In this document: positions 18,531 through 28,157 of the stretch, piece by piece
How the letters are laid out: each line of letters begins with the position of its first letter
Numbering within the stretch: position 1 is the stretch's first letter
NCBI GenBank assembly: GCA_041389005.1
Contig: JAWKSR010000005.1
Location: 1 to 59,376 of the forward strand
Length of the DNA stretch: 59,376 bases
Origin: Minisyncoccota bacterium
GTDB taxonomy: Bacteria > Patescibacteriota > Minisyncoccia > Phycocordibacterales > UBA918
Direction of reading: 5' to 3'
Made by a program: the position numbers and the translations under genes
The notes under the pieces: generated by a model
What the model was told of the DNA's origin: nothing
Database searches by the model: none
What the model saw: the letters and a program-made list of their open reading frames with translations, nothing else

Positions 18531-18905
18531 CTAATGAGGAATCGGGGTATACACAAATGCTTGTTCTACGTACGCACTGCGACCATAACGGTCGTGTACA
18601 TCAATACGGACGATGTTGTACCCTTCCTCCAGAATCACCGTTTCGTTAAATTGACCGTCTTCGTTGGTCACAATCGGGCGTCCTTGTAAGTATATCGCAG
18701 TTATATTTGAAGCGGTACCAGAGAGCGGTACTTCACGTACGGTTTGTACTACGGGAGGAATATCAGCTAGGACCACTGACGGTCCTCCGATTAAAAAACG
18801 TGCCTGAAACAGTACGTAATACAGTACTCCTGCCAATAAGAGTCCTACAGCCACTATCGTGAGTAACTTAGGCAAAGGGAACCCTTTCGTGGCAAGACCC
18901 GGCAT
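18531..18905 (-). CDS. hypothetical membrane-anchored protein with a small beta-rich ectodomain
   Basis: Intact 124-aa ORF with an N-terminal TM helix, lying between ftsK and recA. Confidence 0.45.
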   Translation of the reverse strand: MPGLATKGFPLPKLLTIVAVGLLLAGVLYYVLFQARFLIGGPSVVLADIPPVVQTVREVPLSGTASNITAIYLQGRPIVTNEDGQFNETVILEEGYNIVRIDVHDRYGRSAYVEQAFVYTPIPH

Positions 18906-18906
18906 A

Positions 18907-21071
18907 CTACATCGTAGTGTCTTCGTCTATATCACCTCCGTCACCACCAGCCAATATCTCTCGTGGCTTAGCGCCGTCTTGCGGACCAATGACGCCACGT
19001 TCTTCCAGAATATCCATTAAACGTGCAGCCCGTGAATATCCAACGCGGAGTTTGCGTTGCAGATAGGAGGTTGATGCTTTCCCGGCATCAATTACAGCTT
19101 GACGAGCTTCTTCGTAGAGATCATCTTCTTCCTCATCGTCTACGACAGCTCCAAAGAATGCATCAGGGTTATGGTCTTCTCCATTCCCGCCATCGAGGTT
19201 TATGGAGTCCAGCTCATGAGCGTCTGCTTGTTTTTTGAGGTAATTTACCACTTTTTTGAGCTCGTCCTCAGAAATAAAAGCAGACTGGAGGCGCACTGGT
19301 TTAGCAAGCTCACCAGACAGGAAGAGGGTATCACCTTGACCGAGCAATTTTTCTGCTCCGACCTGGTCGAGGATAGTCCGCGAGTCAACTTGTGAGGCAA
19401 CTTGAAGGGCAATACGACTCGGCACGTTAGCTTTAATAAGACCGGTAATAACATTCACTGACGGACGCTGAGTTGAGAGCACGAGATGAATACCTACGGC
19501 TCGACTCATCTGCGCCAAGCGTACAATTGAAGCCTCAAGTTCACGGGGGTACGTGGACATAAGATCAGCCAGCTCATCAATAATAATGACAATGTATGGC
19601 ATTGGTTCTGGCATATCCTCGACTTCTTCATCACCACTATCATCAGCGTCTTCTTTGGCCGGACGGTAGATATTTTCATGATAGGAACTAATGTCACGGA
19701 CTTTTTCCGCTTGCAGCACATCATAGCGACGTTCCATTTCCTTAATTGCCCACTTAAGCGCCAGGATAGCTTTCTTTGGCTCAGTGATCACTGGGGTGAG
19801 TAGGTGGGGAATATCGTTGTAGAGAGTGAGTTCCACTCGCTTTGGGTCAACCATGATGAAGCGGAGCTGTTCAGGAGAGTTGCGGAAAAGTAATGATGTC
19901 ACCAGGGTGTGAATGGTCACTGACTTACCAGAACCAGTAGTACCAGCGATCAGAGCGTGTGGCATCTTGGCGACGTTGGCAAAATGTGGTTTGCCAGTGA
20001 TATCGCGCCCGAGTGCTACAAGGAGTGGTTTAGGAGAGTCAGTGTATTCTGCCTGAGACAGGAGGGAAGCGAGCCCAACTTGAGACTTCTGGGTGTTTGG
20101 CACTTCAATTCCAACCAGAGACTTTCCGGGGATCGGTGCTTCAATACGAATAGGGGAGGCAGCCAATCCCATCTCCAAGTTATTTTGCAAACTAACAATC
20201 TTTGAGATACGTACTCCTTCAGCTGGCTTGAGCGCGTAGCGAGTTACTGACGGTCCGATCGATACCTCATCCATCTCAACATCGATATTAAAGTTCTTGA
20301 GGGTACGCTTGATGATGTTGGCGTTGGCTTTCACGTCACCGCTCTTACCCTTACCTTTATCTTTTTGCAAAAGTGAGAGTGGGGGAGGTGCATACGGACC
20401 CTCGAAACTCGATACCAAAAACTCAGTCGATTTAGTGATTCCTAAACGCTCACCCATGCTTTTTTGTTCTGTGGTTCTTCAGCTTCCTCTTCAGCTTCCT
20501 CGGTTTCTTCCCCCTCTTCAGCTTCTTCTTCCACCTCATCATCTAGGAACGCTTCCCCTCTTCAAGCTCTTCCTCTTCTAGTTCATCGTGCGGGGTAGAA
20601 GAAGGGAAGCGCAGTCCAGTATTAAAGGTCAAAAACACACCCACAACAAAAAGGGCTCCGAGGACCACTCCAGTGGTCAGACCACCAAACAAGACAGTCA
20701 GAGGTGCTTTAAGCGCCAAGCCGAGGATACCACCTAGTTCAGTCTGATAGAGCTCGAGCCCCCAAGAAGGGCAATAAAGAGAAGTGCGATTCCAACAATC
20801 TTCGACATACTGACCCTTTCGTCTTCTCGAGGTTTCATCAAGGCGTACACATAGAAAAGGCAGGCAATTGGCGCCAAGTAAGCACCACCGCCGAGTAGCC
20901 AGGCAAGAGCGTTTTAGTAAAACCCCCGACCATACCAGCAGTACCCATTAAAGACAGGGTGAAGTAGATTGCCAAGACCACAAAACCAACTGCTCCGATA
21001 GCTTGTTTGGTGTGTGGTGATAGGTCGTCAAATAACGGTTCGCGTGTTGCTTTCTTTTTTCTACCAGCCAT
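18907..21071 (-). CDS. ftsK: DNA translocase FtsK/SpoIIIE (motor domain intact; N-terminal membrane and linker part frame-disrupted)
   Basis: ORF 18907-20457 holds the alpha/beta/gamma domains (AGTTGSGKSV, IIIDELADLM and a C-terminal wHTH). ORF 20838-21083 (MAGRKKK..., ATG at 21071) encodes TM helices. 20458-20837 encodes a Glu-rich linker and more TM helices in shifting frames. Confidence 0.85.
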
Positions 21072-21296
21072 ATAACATTTCACTCAACAATACGCACATG
21101 ATACCACGCAGACTGCACAATCAGTTGTTAATAAGCCACTTTTTATACAGATATATCGCACAAAGTAATTACCACAATTGTCTTAAGATAGGAGGCAAAT
21201 GTACTGATTCATCAGGGCTTGCAAAAATAAAAGACAGGTATATAGTACAAAGACAACGCAAAATAATCTCATTAAAGACGATATAAAAGACTACAT

Positions 21297-21998
21297 ATGG
21301 ACAGCAGAGACATTTTAAAAGCCACGCAATCCACCCAACGGTTGGTGCAAGACCAGGATTATTATAAGTATATTTTTAAAAAGACAGAAAAGATTGTGTC
21401 TGTAATCTTTTATATCACCAACAATATAAACGACAGTGACAAATATAAGACATATGTAGATGATATTTTGTCTGCTGCTAAATCTGTCCATGACGCCGTC
21501 CTTAAGTCTTTGGAGGTACGTTCACATGTAGCAGAAGAAGTAATCCGCGATAGCGCTCATGCTCTGATTGTCTTGGAGAGCAAGCTCCATGTATCGCAGG
21601 TAGCTGGATTAATCGCCCCGGAAGTCATGCATGTGCTCTCAAGTGAGATAGATGCTGTCTTACGAGGAATGAATAAATACCTTAAAAATACGGGTGCTTT
21701 TGACGATATGGAATACACGGTAAGTCCCATACCAGACACGCCGCGACAGCGTACTGTACGAGCCCCACGCCGTGAGTCCCATGCCACAACAGCATCTGAG
21801 CCATCTATAACACTTGATCGGCGTGAGCGCATTAAGACCATTCTCGAAGCTAAAGGAGAAGCTACCATCAAAGACATTTCTGACGTTATAACGGACTGTA
21901 GTGAAAAGACCATTCAGCGTGAATTGACGACAATGATTGAGGACAATATTGTAAAAAGACACGGTGAGCGCCGATGGTCACGATATTCTCTTTTTTAA
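21297..21998 (+). CDS. hypothetical protein with a C-terminal DeoR-like winged-helix domain
   Basis: The C-terminus RRERIKTILEAKGEATIKDISDVITDCSEKTIQRELTTMIEDNIVKRHGERRWSRYSL is HTH-like. The N-terminal domain is unassigned. Confidence 0.5.
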   Translation: MDSRDILKATQSTQRLVQDQDYYKYIFKKTEKIVSVIFYITNNINDSDKYKTYVDDILSAAKSVHDAVLKSLEVRSHVAEEVIRDSAHALIVLESKLHVSQVAGLIAPEVMHVLSSEIDAVLRGMNKYLKNTGAFDDMEYTVSPIPDTPRQRTVRAPRRESHATTASEPSITLDRRERIKTILEAKGEATIKDISDVITDCSEKTIQRELTTMIEDNIVKRHGERRWSRYSLF

Positions 21999-22622
21999 AA
22001 GGAGTTGTTGTAAGAAACAGGTATTCTTATAAAGGACTAATTAGTCTTTTATAGGTAAGAATTGTTCTTTAGCAGAAGTAGGTAATAACATCGGCGGCTG
22101 CAACGAGAAAGTTGCGCGTTGTGTTTTTCGTTACATAATTTTTTTGACTGTAAGAAACGATACGTACTGTCGTCTTCGTAGTTAGATGTTACAGGGCTTT
22201 TTGGTTGACCTTTTTGGTCAAACCAGGTAGTTTTGTCGAGACATCTAAAGTAGGTGTATGCGGTTATTATCCACATACATGTGCGTACCGTTCTTACGCA
22301 AGAAGTTGTATACTTCCCGTAAGTGCCCCGTTGCGCTTTTTTTCTTAAGTGACTTTGGCTTAGCCAATGACCACGAGATATAAAAGATAAGCGACAACAA
22401 GAGGTGGTACATGTTTGTTCATTGACAGATCTTGCTTCGGCGAGAGATCAAATAGAGCACTATTTGATTTACATATTACCTGTCATTTAAACGTATATTA
22501 TTTCTGCGTGACCTGTTCCTGTATTTGACCGCTCCGCTGATACACAGACCAAATCTATGTTACTGGTTCGTATAATCAATCAGGTTGGTGTCGACCAACC
22601 GATTGTACGACTGGTTAAATTC

Positions 22623-22680
22623 GTGACATCTGTCGCTTTGTGCGCTTGAGTTTGCAAGCGTAGAAAGCGACAGATGTCGC
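22623..22680 (+). promoter_or_regulatory. long interrupted hairpin in the 5' region of the surface-protein gene
   Basis: GACATCTGTCGCTTT (22625-22639) pairs with AAAGCGACAGATGTC (22664-22678). The inner stem is CGCTTG/CAAGCG. About 21 bp in total, 65 nt upstream of the ATG at 22745. Confidence 0.5.
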
Positions 22681-22744
22681 AAATAAGATTAATTCTTATT
22701 AGTAACTAATGTTTAGTAGTAAACATTACAAACAAATCATAATT

Positions 22745-24680
22745 ATGACCATTACAAAGACTGTTGCTTCAAAGCTCGCTGTAGCTTTTGTAGCAATTGC
22801 AATGGCTTTCGTATTTGTTGCTCCAGCAGCAAACGCGCAAAGCATTGAAGATATGTCACTCGAAGAGCTTATTGCTCTTGTGAACCAACTTCAATCACAG
22901 ATGACACAAAGTACATCTGGCGGTTCATGTGACACAATTCCGCAACCACTTACTGTGGGTGCACAAAACGCTAACGTAACATCACTCCAAACCTTCCTTA
23001 TTGCTGAAGGTGAAGTGATCCCTGCGGGAGCAACTGGATACTTCGGTAGCCAGACACAAGCTGCTCTAGCTTCATGGCAAGCTAAAAACGGCATAAGTCC
23101 AGCAGCTGGTTATTACGGTCCAATCACAAAGGCAGCTATTGACGCTAAGTGTGTCTCAGCTGGCGGTGATGACATGGACGACGATGACGATTCATCATCA
23201 GATGACGATGACGAACTTATGGTGGCGAGGCTGACATCACTGACGTAGATACACGTGGTGATGAAGACGAAGCTGCTGAAGGTGAAGAGGACGTTCCAGT
23301 TCTCGAAATTGAGTTCGATGTTGAAGATGCTGATGCTGCTTGAGCGCATCGATGTAACTTTCGACAACTTTCAAACATTGCTGGTGGTTCTGAAGATGAA
23401 CCATGGGATGCTTTCGAAGAAGTATCTGTATGGGTAGATGGCGACAAGGTCGCTGACGTTGACCTTCAGATGAAGACGAGTGGGATGAGGATGGAAACGA
23501 GTTTACCATTCGCATCTCAATCGTTGATACTATCTTCCGTGAGGATGATACTGGCGAAGTTATTATCGCTATCTCTGTACAAGATGGTGTTGATCTCAGT
23601 AACACTGGTTCACAAAACCGTTGGGACATCTTCCTTCAGGATCCGCTTCGTTGATGGTGAAGGTATCGACATTGAAGAGCCTGGAGCAGACCAGTGATGC
23701 TTTAGCTTCGAGATTCAAGAAGGGCTGGTGATGACCTTGATCTTGAGTCTTCCGATGAAGATCCAGATTCAACTACCTTGAAATCGATGCAGATGACAAG
23801 GTTGAACACATGATCTTTGCGTTCGAACTTTCAGCTGAAGATTCAGACAACGACGTTACACTTGATAACCTCGTATCTGTAAATGTTACAGCTGGTGGTC
23901 CGAAGGAACTTCACTTGACAACTTCATCTCAGACTTCCGTCTTGAGATTGATGGCGAGTCATTCGATGCTGAGAGTCATACAACGGTAGCGTTGCTACTC
24001 GCAACTATCGACTTCGATATCGATGGTGACGTAACTATTGACGCTGACGATTCAGTCGTAGTTATGCTCTACGTTGAGTTTGATGACGTTGGTGATTCAT
24101 TCAACTACGCAACCATTATGGCTACAACTTCACCATGACATTGATGCAGAAGGTGCTGATGACATCACTGACTGTTACATGTTCTTGGTAATGTACACAC
24201 TGTACGAACTGATGGTCTAGCAGTAGAACTCGCAAGCGAGGACACTGAACTCGATGAGAACAATGACACTGATGCAACTGATGATGAAGGTGAATTCACT
24301 TCAGAGTAGACATTACTGCCTTCGGTGATGACGCTTACATTCCATTTGGTGTTGCCACTACAACTGATAACGCTTATGGATTTGAGCTCACCATCCTCGA
24401 CAACAGCAACAACCCAGTTACTGTTGGTGGTGGAAACGGTACAACTACTACAGTCTCAGTGGACGTAGATGATGGTTCTGCAGAGAAGATAGTTCATACA
24501 AGGTAGCTGAAGGTCAAACTGAGACCTTCACTATCGTTGATGAAGTTTGATCCAGCTACTGCTGGTTCATACAAGGTACGCCTTGATACTGTGAACTTCG
24601 GCGCAGCAGATGATGCAACTGGCGAAAACGCTCAGGATGTATCTGATGAAGACATCGACACTGCTAAGCTCACTATCTAG
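22745..24680 (+). pseudogene. secreted acidic surface protein with an N-terminal peptidoglycan-binding domain, heavily frame-disrupted as assembled
   Basis: Signal peptide MTITKTVASKLAVAFVAIAMAFVFVAPAANA. PG_binding_1-like repeat (LQTFLIAEG...GYFGSQTQAALASWQAKNGI...GYYGPITKAAI). A D/S/E-rich tract follows. The remaining ~1.4 kb of acidic, beta-rich sequence is readable only by hopping among all three frames, ending DTAKLTI at 24680. Confidence 0.55.
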
Positions 24681-24714
24681 TTAGCTTACTGACTACACTT
24701 CGGTTTAGTCATGT

Positions 24715-24752
24715 CAAAACAAAAAAGCCCCTTCGGGGGCTTTTTTGTTTTG
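24715..24752 (+). terminator. intrinsic terminator
   Basis: CAAAACAAAAAAGCCCC-TTCG-GGGGCTTTTTTGTTTTG. Confidence 0.8.
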
Positions 24753-24786
24753 TTTAAAACATTATTTCGTATACACTGACGCATAT

Positions 24787-25239
24787 ATGTTGAGTACCGT
24801 CACTCGTTGGTATCAAGAATTGCGTACCCATAGCTCTGATCCATCGAGTATTGCCTTTGGTTTTGCCTTTGGAACTTTCGTTAGTCTACTACCGACTTTT
24901 GGTTTTGGCGCTTTCTTGGTATTGGTGGCGCTGACCTTTCTTCCGTCAGTAAATAAGCCAGCAGCAATTATTGCTCTTGCGGTATGGAATCCGTTTGTAC
25001 AGATTCCTCTGTATGCTTTAAGTTTTGAAATCGGATCATATTTATTTGCGACTGCGCCTGTAATCACGTTTGATGTGGCAGTACTAAACCATGTGTATAC
25101 ATTTACACGGCGGTTTTTGGTTGGTCACATGATTGTCACAGTCAGTATGACAACAGTGTCTTACATACTCGTGTACAGTGTGTTTTGGTGGCATGCGCAT
25201 CGTGGCAGAAATAGACAGCCTAGTCTTTTGTCAGAATAA
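24787..25239 (+). CDS. DUF2062 family membrane protein
   Basis: SSIAFGFAFGTFVSLLPTFGFGAFLVLVALTFL...AVWNPFVQIPLYALSFEIG. ATG at 24787 preferred. Confidence 0.65.
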   Translation: MLSTVTRWYQELRTHSSDPSSIAFGFAFGTFVSLLPTFGFGAFLVLVALTFLPSVNKPAAIIALAVWNPFVQIPLYALSFEIGSYLFATAPVITFDVAVLNHVYTFTRRFLVGHMIVTVSMTTVSYILVYSVFWWHAHRGRNRQPSLLSE

Positions 25240-25260
25240 AGTACGGTATAATGATGGTCA

Positions 25261-25359
25261 ATGTTCAACAAGACCTTCTATAGTTTTGTGTTTAGTTTTG
25301 TTGGCGTTATCACCGTCACACTTCTTATGATACTTTTGGTGGGAATGGGTGCGCGGTAG
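25261..25359 (+). CDS. 32-aa hydrophobic peptide (tentative)
   Basis: MFNKTFYSFVFSFVGVITVTLLMILLVGMGAR. A TATAAT at 25247-25252 places a transcription start at or near the ATG. Confidence 0.25.
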   Translation: MFNKTFYSFVFSFVGVITVTLLMILLVGMGAR

Positions 25360-25374
25360 GGGAGTTATAGCACT

Positions 25375-25854
25375 ATGATTCGTATTACTGACCAGTACTT
25401 TTGGAATTTTGCTTTCAGCGTCTTTTTCGTGGTCTTGGTAGTTATGGCAACTATTATCATTGATACTGAGAGTTATAAAGACCCGATGAGTCTCACAGTG
25501 TTTGATTTTGTGCTCATGACCCTTGCCACTTTCCGTCTGACACGACTGTTTGTATACGATGCGGTGACGAAGTGGTTTCGGGAGCAATTCTGGGATGCTA
25601 AAAAGGTGCGTGGTGGGTATGTACTAGAGAAGCCAAAGGGAGGTCCGCGCCGTACGCTTGCAGACCTACTCTCATGCCCATGGTGCTTCGGTGTGTGGAT
25701 GGCAGCAGTAGTCACGTTTTTCTACCTCACCAGCCCCTGGGCGTACTTCCTCATTCTTTTCTTAGCGATTGCTGGGGTTGCTACCTTTATGCAACTCACT
25801 GCCAATCTCATCGGACACAAAGCCGAGCAAGCGAAGCGAGAAACTGGACTCTAA
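25375..25854 (+). CDS. DUF1360 family membrane protein
   Basis: FDFVLMTLATFRLTRLFVYDAVTKWFRE...LLSCPWCFGVWMAAVV. Confidence 0.65.
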   Translation: MIRITDQYFWNFAFSVFFVVLVVMATIIIDTESYKDPMSLTVFDFVLMTLATFRLTRLFVYDAVTKWFREQFWDAKKVRGGYVLEKPKGGPRRTLADLLSCPWCFGVWMAAVVTFFYLTSPWAYFLILFLAIAGVATFMQLTANLIGHKAEQAKRETGL

Positions 25855-25880
25855 CGCGTATTGAATTTACTCAAGGAGTC

Positions 25881-25965
25881 TGTTATAGTGTCGCGCATAC
25901 AGGCTCGTGACAGTTGGTTTGCGTGCGTAAAGGCACACAAGTAACGTCCGGTTTCGGACGCCAAC
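25881..25965 (+). promoter_or_regulatory. candidate rplJ promoter plus three-way-junction leader (possible L10 autoregulatory leader)
   Basis: TGTTATAGT (25881-25889) is followed by GTCGCGCATAC. Then P1 GTTGG/CCAAC (25913-17 / 25961-65) encloses two hairpins: TGCGTGC-GTAAAG-GCACACA and CGTCCG-GTTT-CGGACG. Confidence 0.3.
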
Positions 25966-26065
25966 CGAGGTCCAACACTACTATTTTGTGTGGAATGGTC
26001 GAGCCCGTCATGGGTATTTTTTATACCTTAAACGGCCTGTACATTATCCAGGATTTTTTAAAATC

Positions 26066-26551
26066 ATGGCAATTACAAAAGCACAAAGAGAGGAGATAAT
26101 CGACAAACTAAACGGTATCAAAACCGATGCTGATTCTATTGTGTTTGTGAACTTCAATGGACTCGGTGTATCAGATACGACCGCTATGCGAAGCGCTATG
26201 CGTGAAGCTGGTGTGAGTTATCTGGTGGCTAAAAAAACACTCATCAAACGAGCGTTTGATGGTGCTTTCACTGGCGATATGCCAGCACTTGAAGGTGAAA
26301 TCGCCCTTGCGTACAGCGCAGATGCGATTGCACCAGCGCAAAACGTAAAAGAGTTTGCTGGTAAGTTCAAAGACAAGATTGCTATCGTTGGTGGTGTATT
26401 TCAGGGAGTATACAAAACCAAAGAAGAGATGACTGATATTGCATCTATTCCACCACTACCGGTCTTGCGCGGTATGTTTGTTAACGTTATCAACTCACCA
26501 ATACAAGGTTTGGTTATTTCTCTTAACCAGATTGCAGAAAAACGTGGTTAA
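26066..26551 (+). CDS. rplJ: 50S ribosomal protein L10
   Basis: MAITKAQREEIIDKLNG...VSYLVAKKTLIKRA. ATG at 26066 preferred to the upstream alternative start. Confidence 0.9.
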   Translation: MAITKAQREEIIDKLNGIKTDADSIVFVNFNGLGVSDTTAMRSAMREAGVSYLVAKKTLIKRAFDGAFTGDMPALEGEIALAYSADAIAPAQNVKEFAGKFKDKIAIVGGVFQGVYKTKEEMTDIASIPPLPVLRGMFVNVINSPIQGLVISLNQIAEKRG

Positions 26552-26577
26552 TTAACAGTGTGATTACTTAATTAAAT

Positions 26578-27063
26578 ATGAGTGAAGAACAAAAGAAAGA
26601 CGAAGTAGTAGCGGAGACGAAAGAAGAAGCTACTCCAGCTACTGAAGAAAAAGCTGAGGAATCAACGTCTGATGTTGACGAGACGGTTGAGGTGCCAAAG
26701 GAATTTAAGGCGCTTGTAGAACAAGTAGAAAAGATGACTGTACTTGAGTTGCATGAGCTCGTAAAAGTACTTGAAAAGCGCTTTGGCGTATCAGCTTCTG
26801 CAGTAGCAGTGGCCGGTCCAGCTGCTGGCGGCGACGCTGGTGGGGAAGAGCAGAGTGAGTTCACGGTAGAGCTGGCTGATGCTGGTGCTCAGAAGATCGC
26901 TGTTATTAAGGTGGTCAAAGAAGCTTGCGGTCTTGGTCTGAAGGAAGCCAAGGACATGGTAGACGGTGCTCCAGCAGAAGTGAAAGCTGGTCTTAAGAAA
27001 GAAGAAGCTGAAGAACTTAAGGCAAAACTAGAAGAAGCTGGAGCGAAAGTTAATTTGAAATAA
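26578..27063 (+). CDS. rplL: 50S ribosomal protein L7/L12 (with a ~40-aa acidic N-terminal extension if the ATG at 26578 is used)
   Basis: [18 protein letters not shown]..., an A/G hinge, and the C-terminal domain [52 protein letters not shown]. Confidence 0.9.
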   Translation: MSEEQKKDEVVAETKEEATPATEEKAEESTSDVDETVEVPKEFKALVEQVEKMTVLELHELVKVLEKRFGVSASAVAVAGPAAGGDAGGEEQSEFTVELADAGAQKIAVIKVVKEACGLGLKEAKDMVDGAPAEVKAGLKKEEAEELKAKLEEAGAKVNLK

Positions 27064-27082
27064 CGATTTCAAATTAACTTTC
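27045..27082 (+). other. perfect 16-bp hairpin spanning the rplL stop codon
   Basis: GAAAGTTAATTTGAAA-TAACGA-TTTCAAATTAACTTTC. The TAA stop lies in the loop. Confidence 0.7.
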
Positions 27083-27089
27083 GCGGAAT

Positions 27090-27161
27090 CCAGCCCCGTT
27101 TCGGGCGAAACACGTGCTGAATAAGGTAATAGTGTGAGCCCGTAACAAGAAATGGGGCTGG
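27090..27161 (+). repeat. conserved ~72-nt stem-loop element, copy B (candidate structured RNA)
   Basis: CCAGCCCCGTTT CGGGC GAA ACAC GTGCTGAATAAGGTAATA GTGT GA GCCCG TAACAAG AAATGGGGCTGG. The 12-bp P1 includes one G-T pair. Confidence 0.6.
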
Positions 27162-27168
27162 ATGGTGC

Positions 27169-27207
27169 AAAGAAAAAATGCGTACTAAACGTACGTATTT
27201 TTTCTTT
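27169..27207. terminator. A/T-flanked hairpin (bidirectional terminator type)
   Basis: AGAAAAAATGCGTAC-TAAAC-GTACGTATTTTTTCT. Confidence 0.55.
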
Positions 27208-27235
27208 TAACTTAGTAACTTGCGAGGAGCTATGT

Positions 27236-27268
27236 AAAGAGCCGAGGACATCGAGTCCTCGGCTCTTT
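27236..27268 (+). terminator. intrinsic terminator
   Basis: AAAGAGCCGAGGAC-ATCGA-GTCCTCGGCTCTTT followed by ATTTG. Confidence 0.6.
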
Positions 27269-27324
27269 ATTTGTATACTCAATGACTTGGAAGGCTATAA
27301 ATCTCAAATAAGGTTTATAGCCCT

Positions 27325-27362
27325 AAACAAAAAGCACAGACTTCGGTCTGTGCTTTTTGTTT
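27325..27362. terminator. intrinsic terminator (17-bp stem)
   Basis: AAACAAAAAGCACAGAC-TTCG-GTCTGTGCTTTTTGTTT. Confidence 0.7.
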
Positions 27363-27438
27363 AGGAAATACGCACTACTGCCTGTCCAGACTGTATATAT
27401 AAGAAGCGTGCTATAATCCGACCACTGTTCGCACAGCT

Positions 27439-28065
27439 ATGTCGTCTGATCCGCTTTCAATCTTGTTTGGCAGCCAAGCCCGCGTAAAACTCCTGCGTTT
27501 TTTCCTATTTAATCCTTCCAAAGATTTTACCTTTGATGAAATTTCCAGACGGGCTCGCCTCGTGCGCCGCACGGCGCGCACTGAGATGAATGCACTTGAA
27601 CGCGCTGGAGTGATAAAGAAGAAGCAAATATATATTGAACTAGACGGACGCGATAAAAAGACTCGTGCCCACGGCTTCACCCTCAACAAAAATTTTCCTG
27701 AACTCCAGGCTCTGCAGACTTTCTTGTTTGAAACCGCACCGATAAACGGCAAGACCGTCTTAAAGCATTTACGTAAAGCTGGTACCCTCGACTTTGTCTG
27801 TGTCGCTGGAGTGTTCCTGCGTGAATTTGAACAACGCCTCGATGTGCTGGTGGCAACCAAGAAACTGTCAGAAGGGAAGATTGAAAATGCGATCCGGGCG
27901 CTTGAATCAGAACTTGGTATCGAGATACGCTTTGCCGCTTTTTCTTCCGAAGATCTGCTCTATCGAGTAGGAATGTACGACAAACTCACTCGTGATGTAT
28001 TCGACTACCCGCACCAGGTGTTAGTGGATAAGATCAACGTGCGCAATGAGATCCGCCGTTCATAA
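27439..28065 (+). CDS. hypothetical protein with an N-terminal winged-helix (ArsR/MarR-like) domain
   Basis: GSQARVKLLRFFLFNPSKDFTFDEISRRARLVRRTARTEMNALERAGVIKKK. TGCTATAAT lies at 27409-27417. Confidence 0.45.
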   Translation: MSSDPLSILFGSQARVKLLRFFLFNPSKDFTFDEISRRARLVRRTARTEMNALERAGVIKKKQIYIELDGRDKKTRAHGFTLNKNFPELQALQTFLFETAPINGKTVLKHLRKAGTLDFVCVAGVFLREFEQRLDVLVATKKLSEGKIENAIRALESELGIEIRFAAFSSEDLLYRVGMYDKLTRDVFDYPHQVLVDKINVRNEIRRS

Positions 28066-28157
28066 TTGACACAATTAAGAAATGTATCGTAACCAGGGAG
28101 TTCGCCCACTCGCTGGTATTATTAGTATAGGTTTATTCACCTAATCATATATTACGT

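Noticed and set aside
22049-22276. A 75-aa minus-strand ORF, and a possible upstream 20-codon ORF, in the long non-coding region before the surface-protein gene.
   Set aside because: I saw no recognisable motif or initiation signal, and the composition is odd. It may be a decayed gene fragment, but I cannot support calling it.
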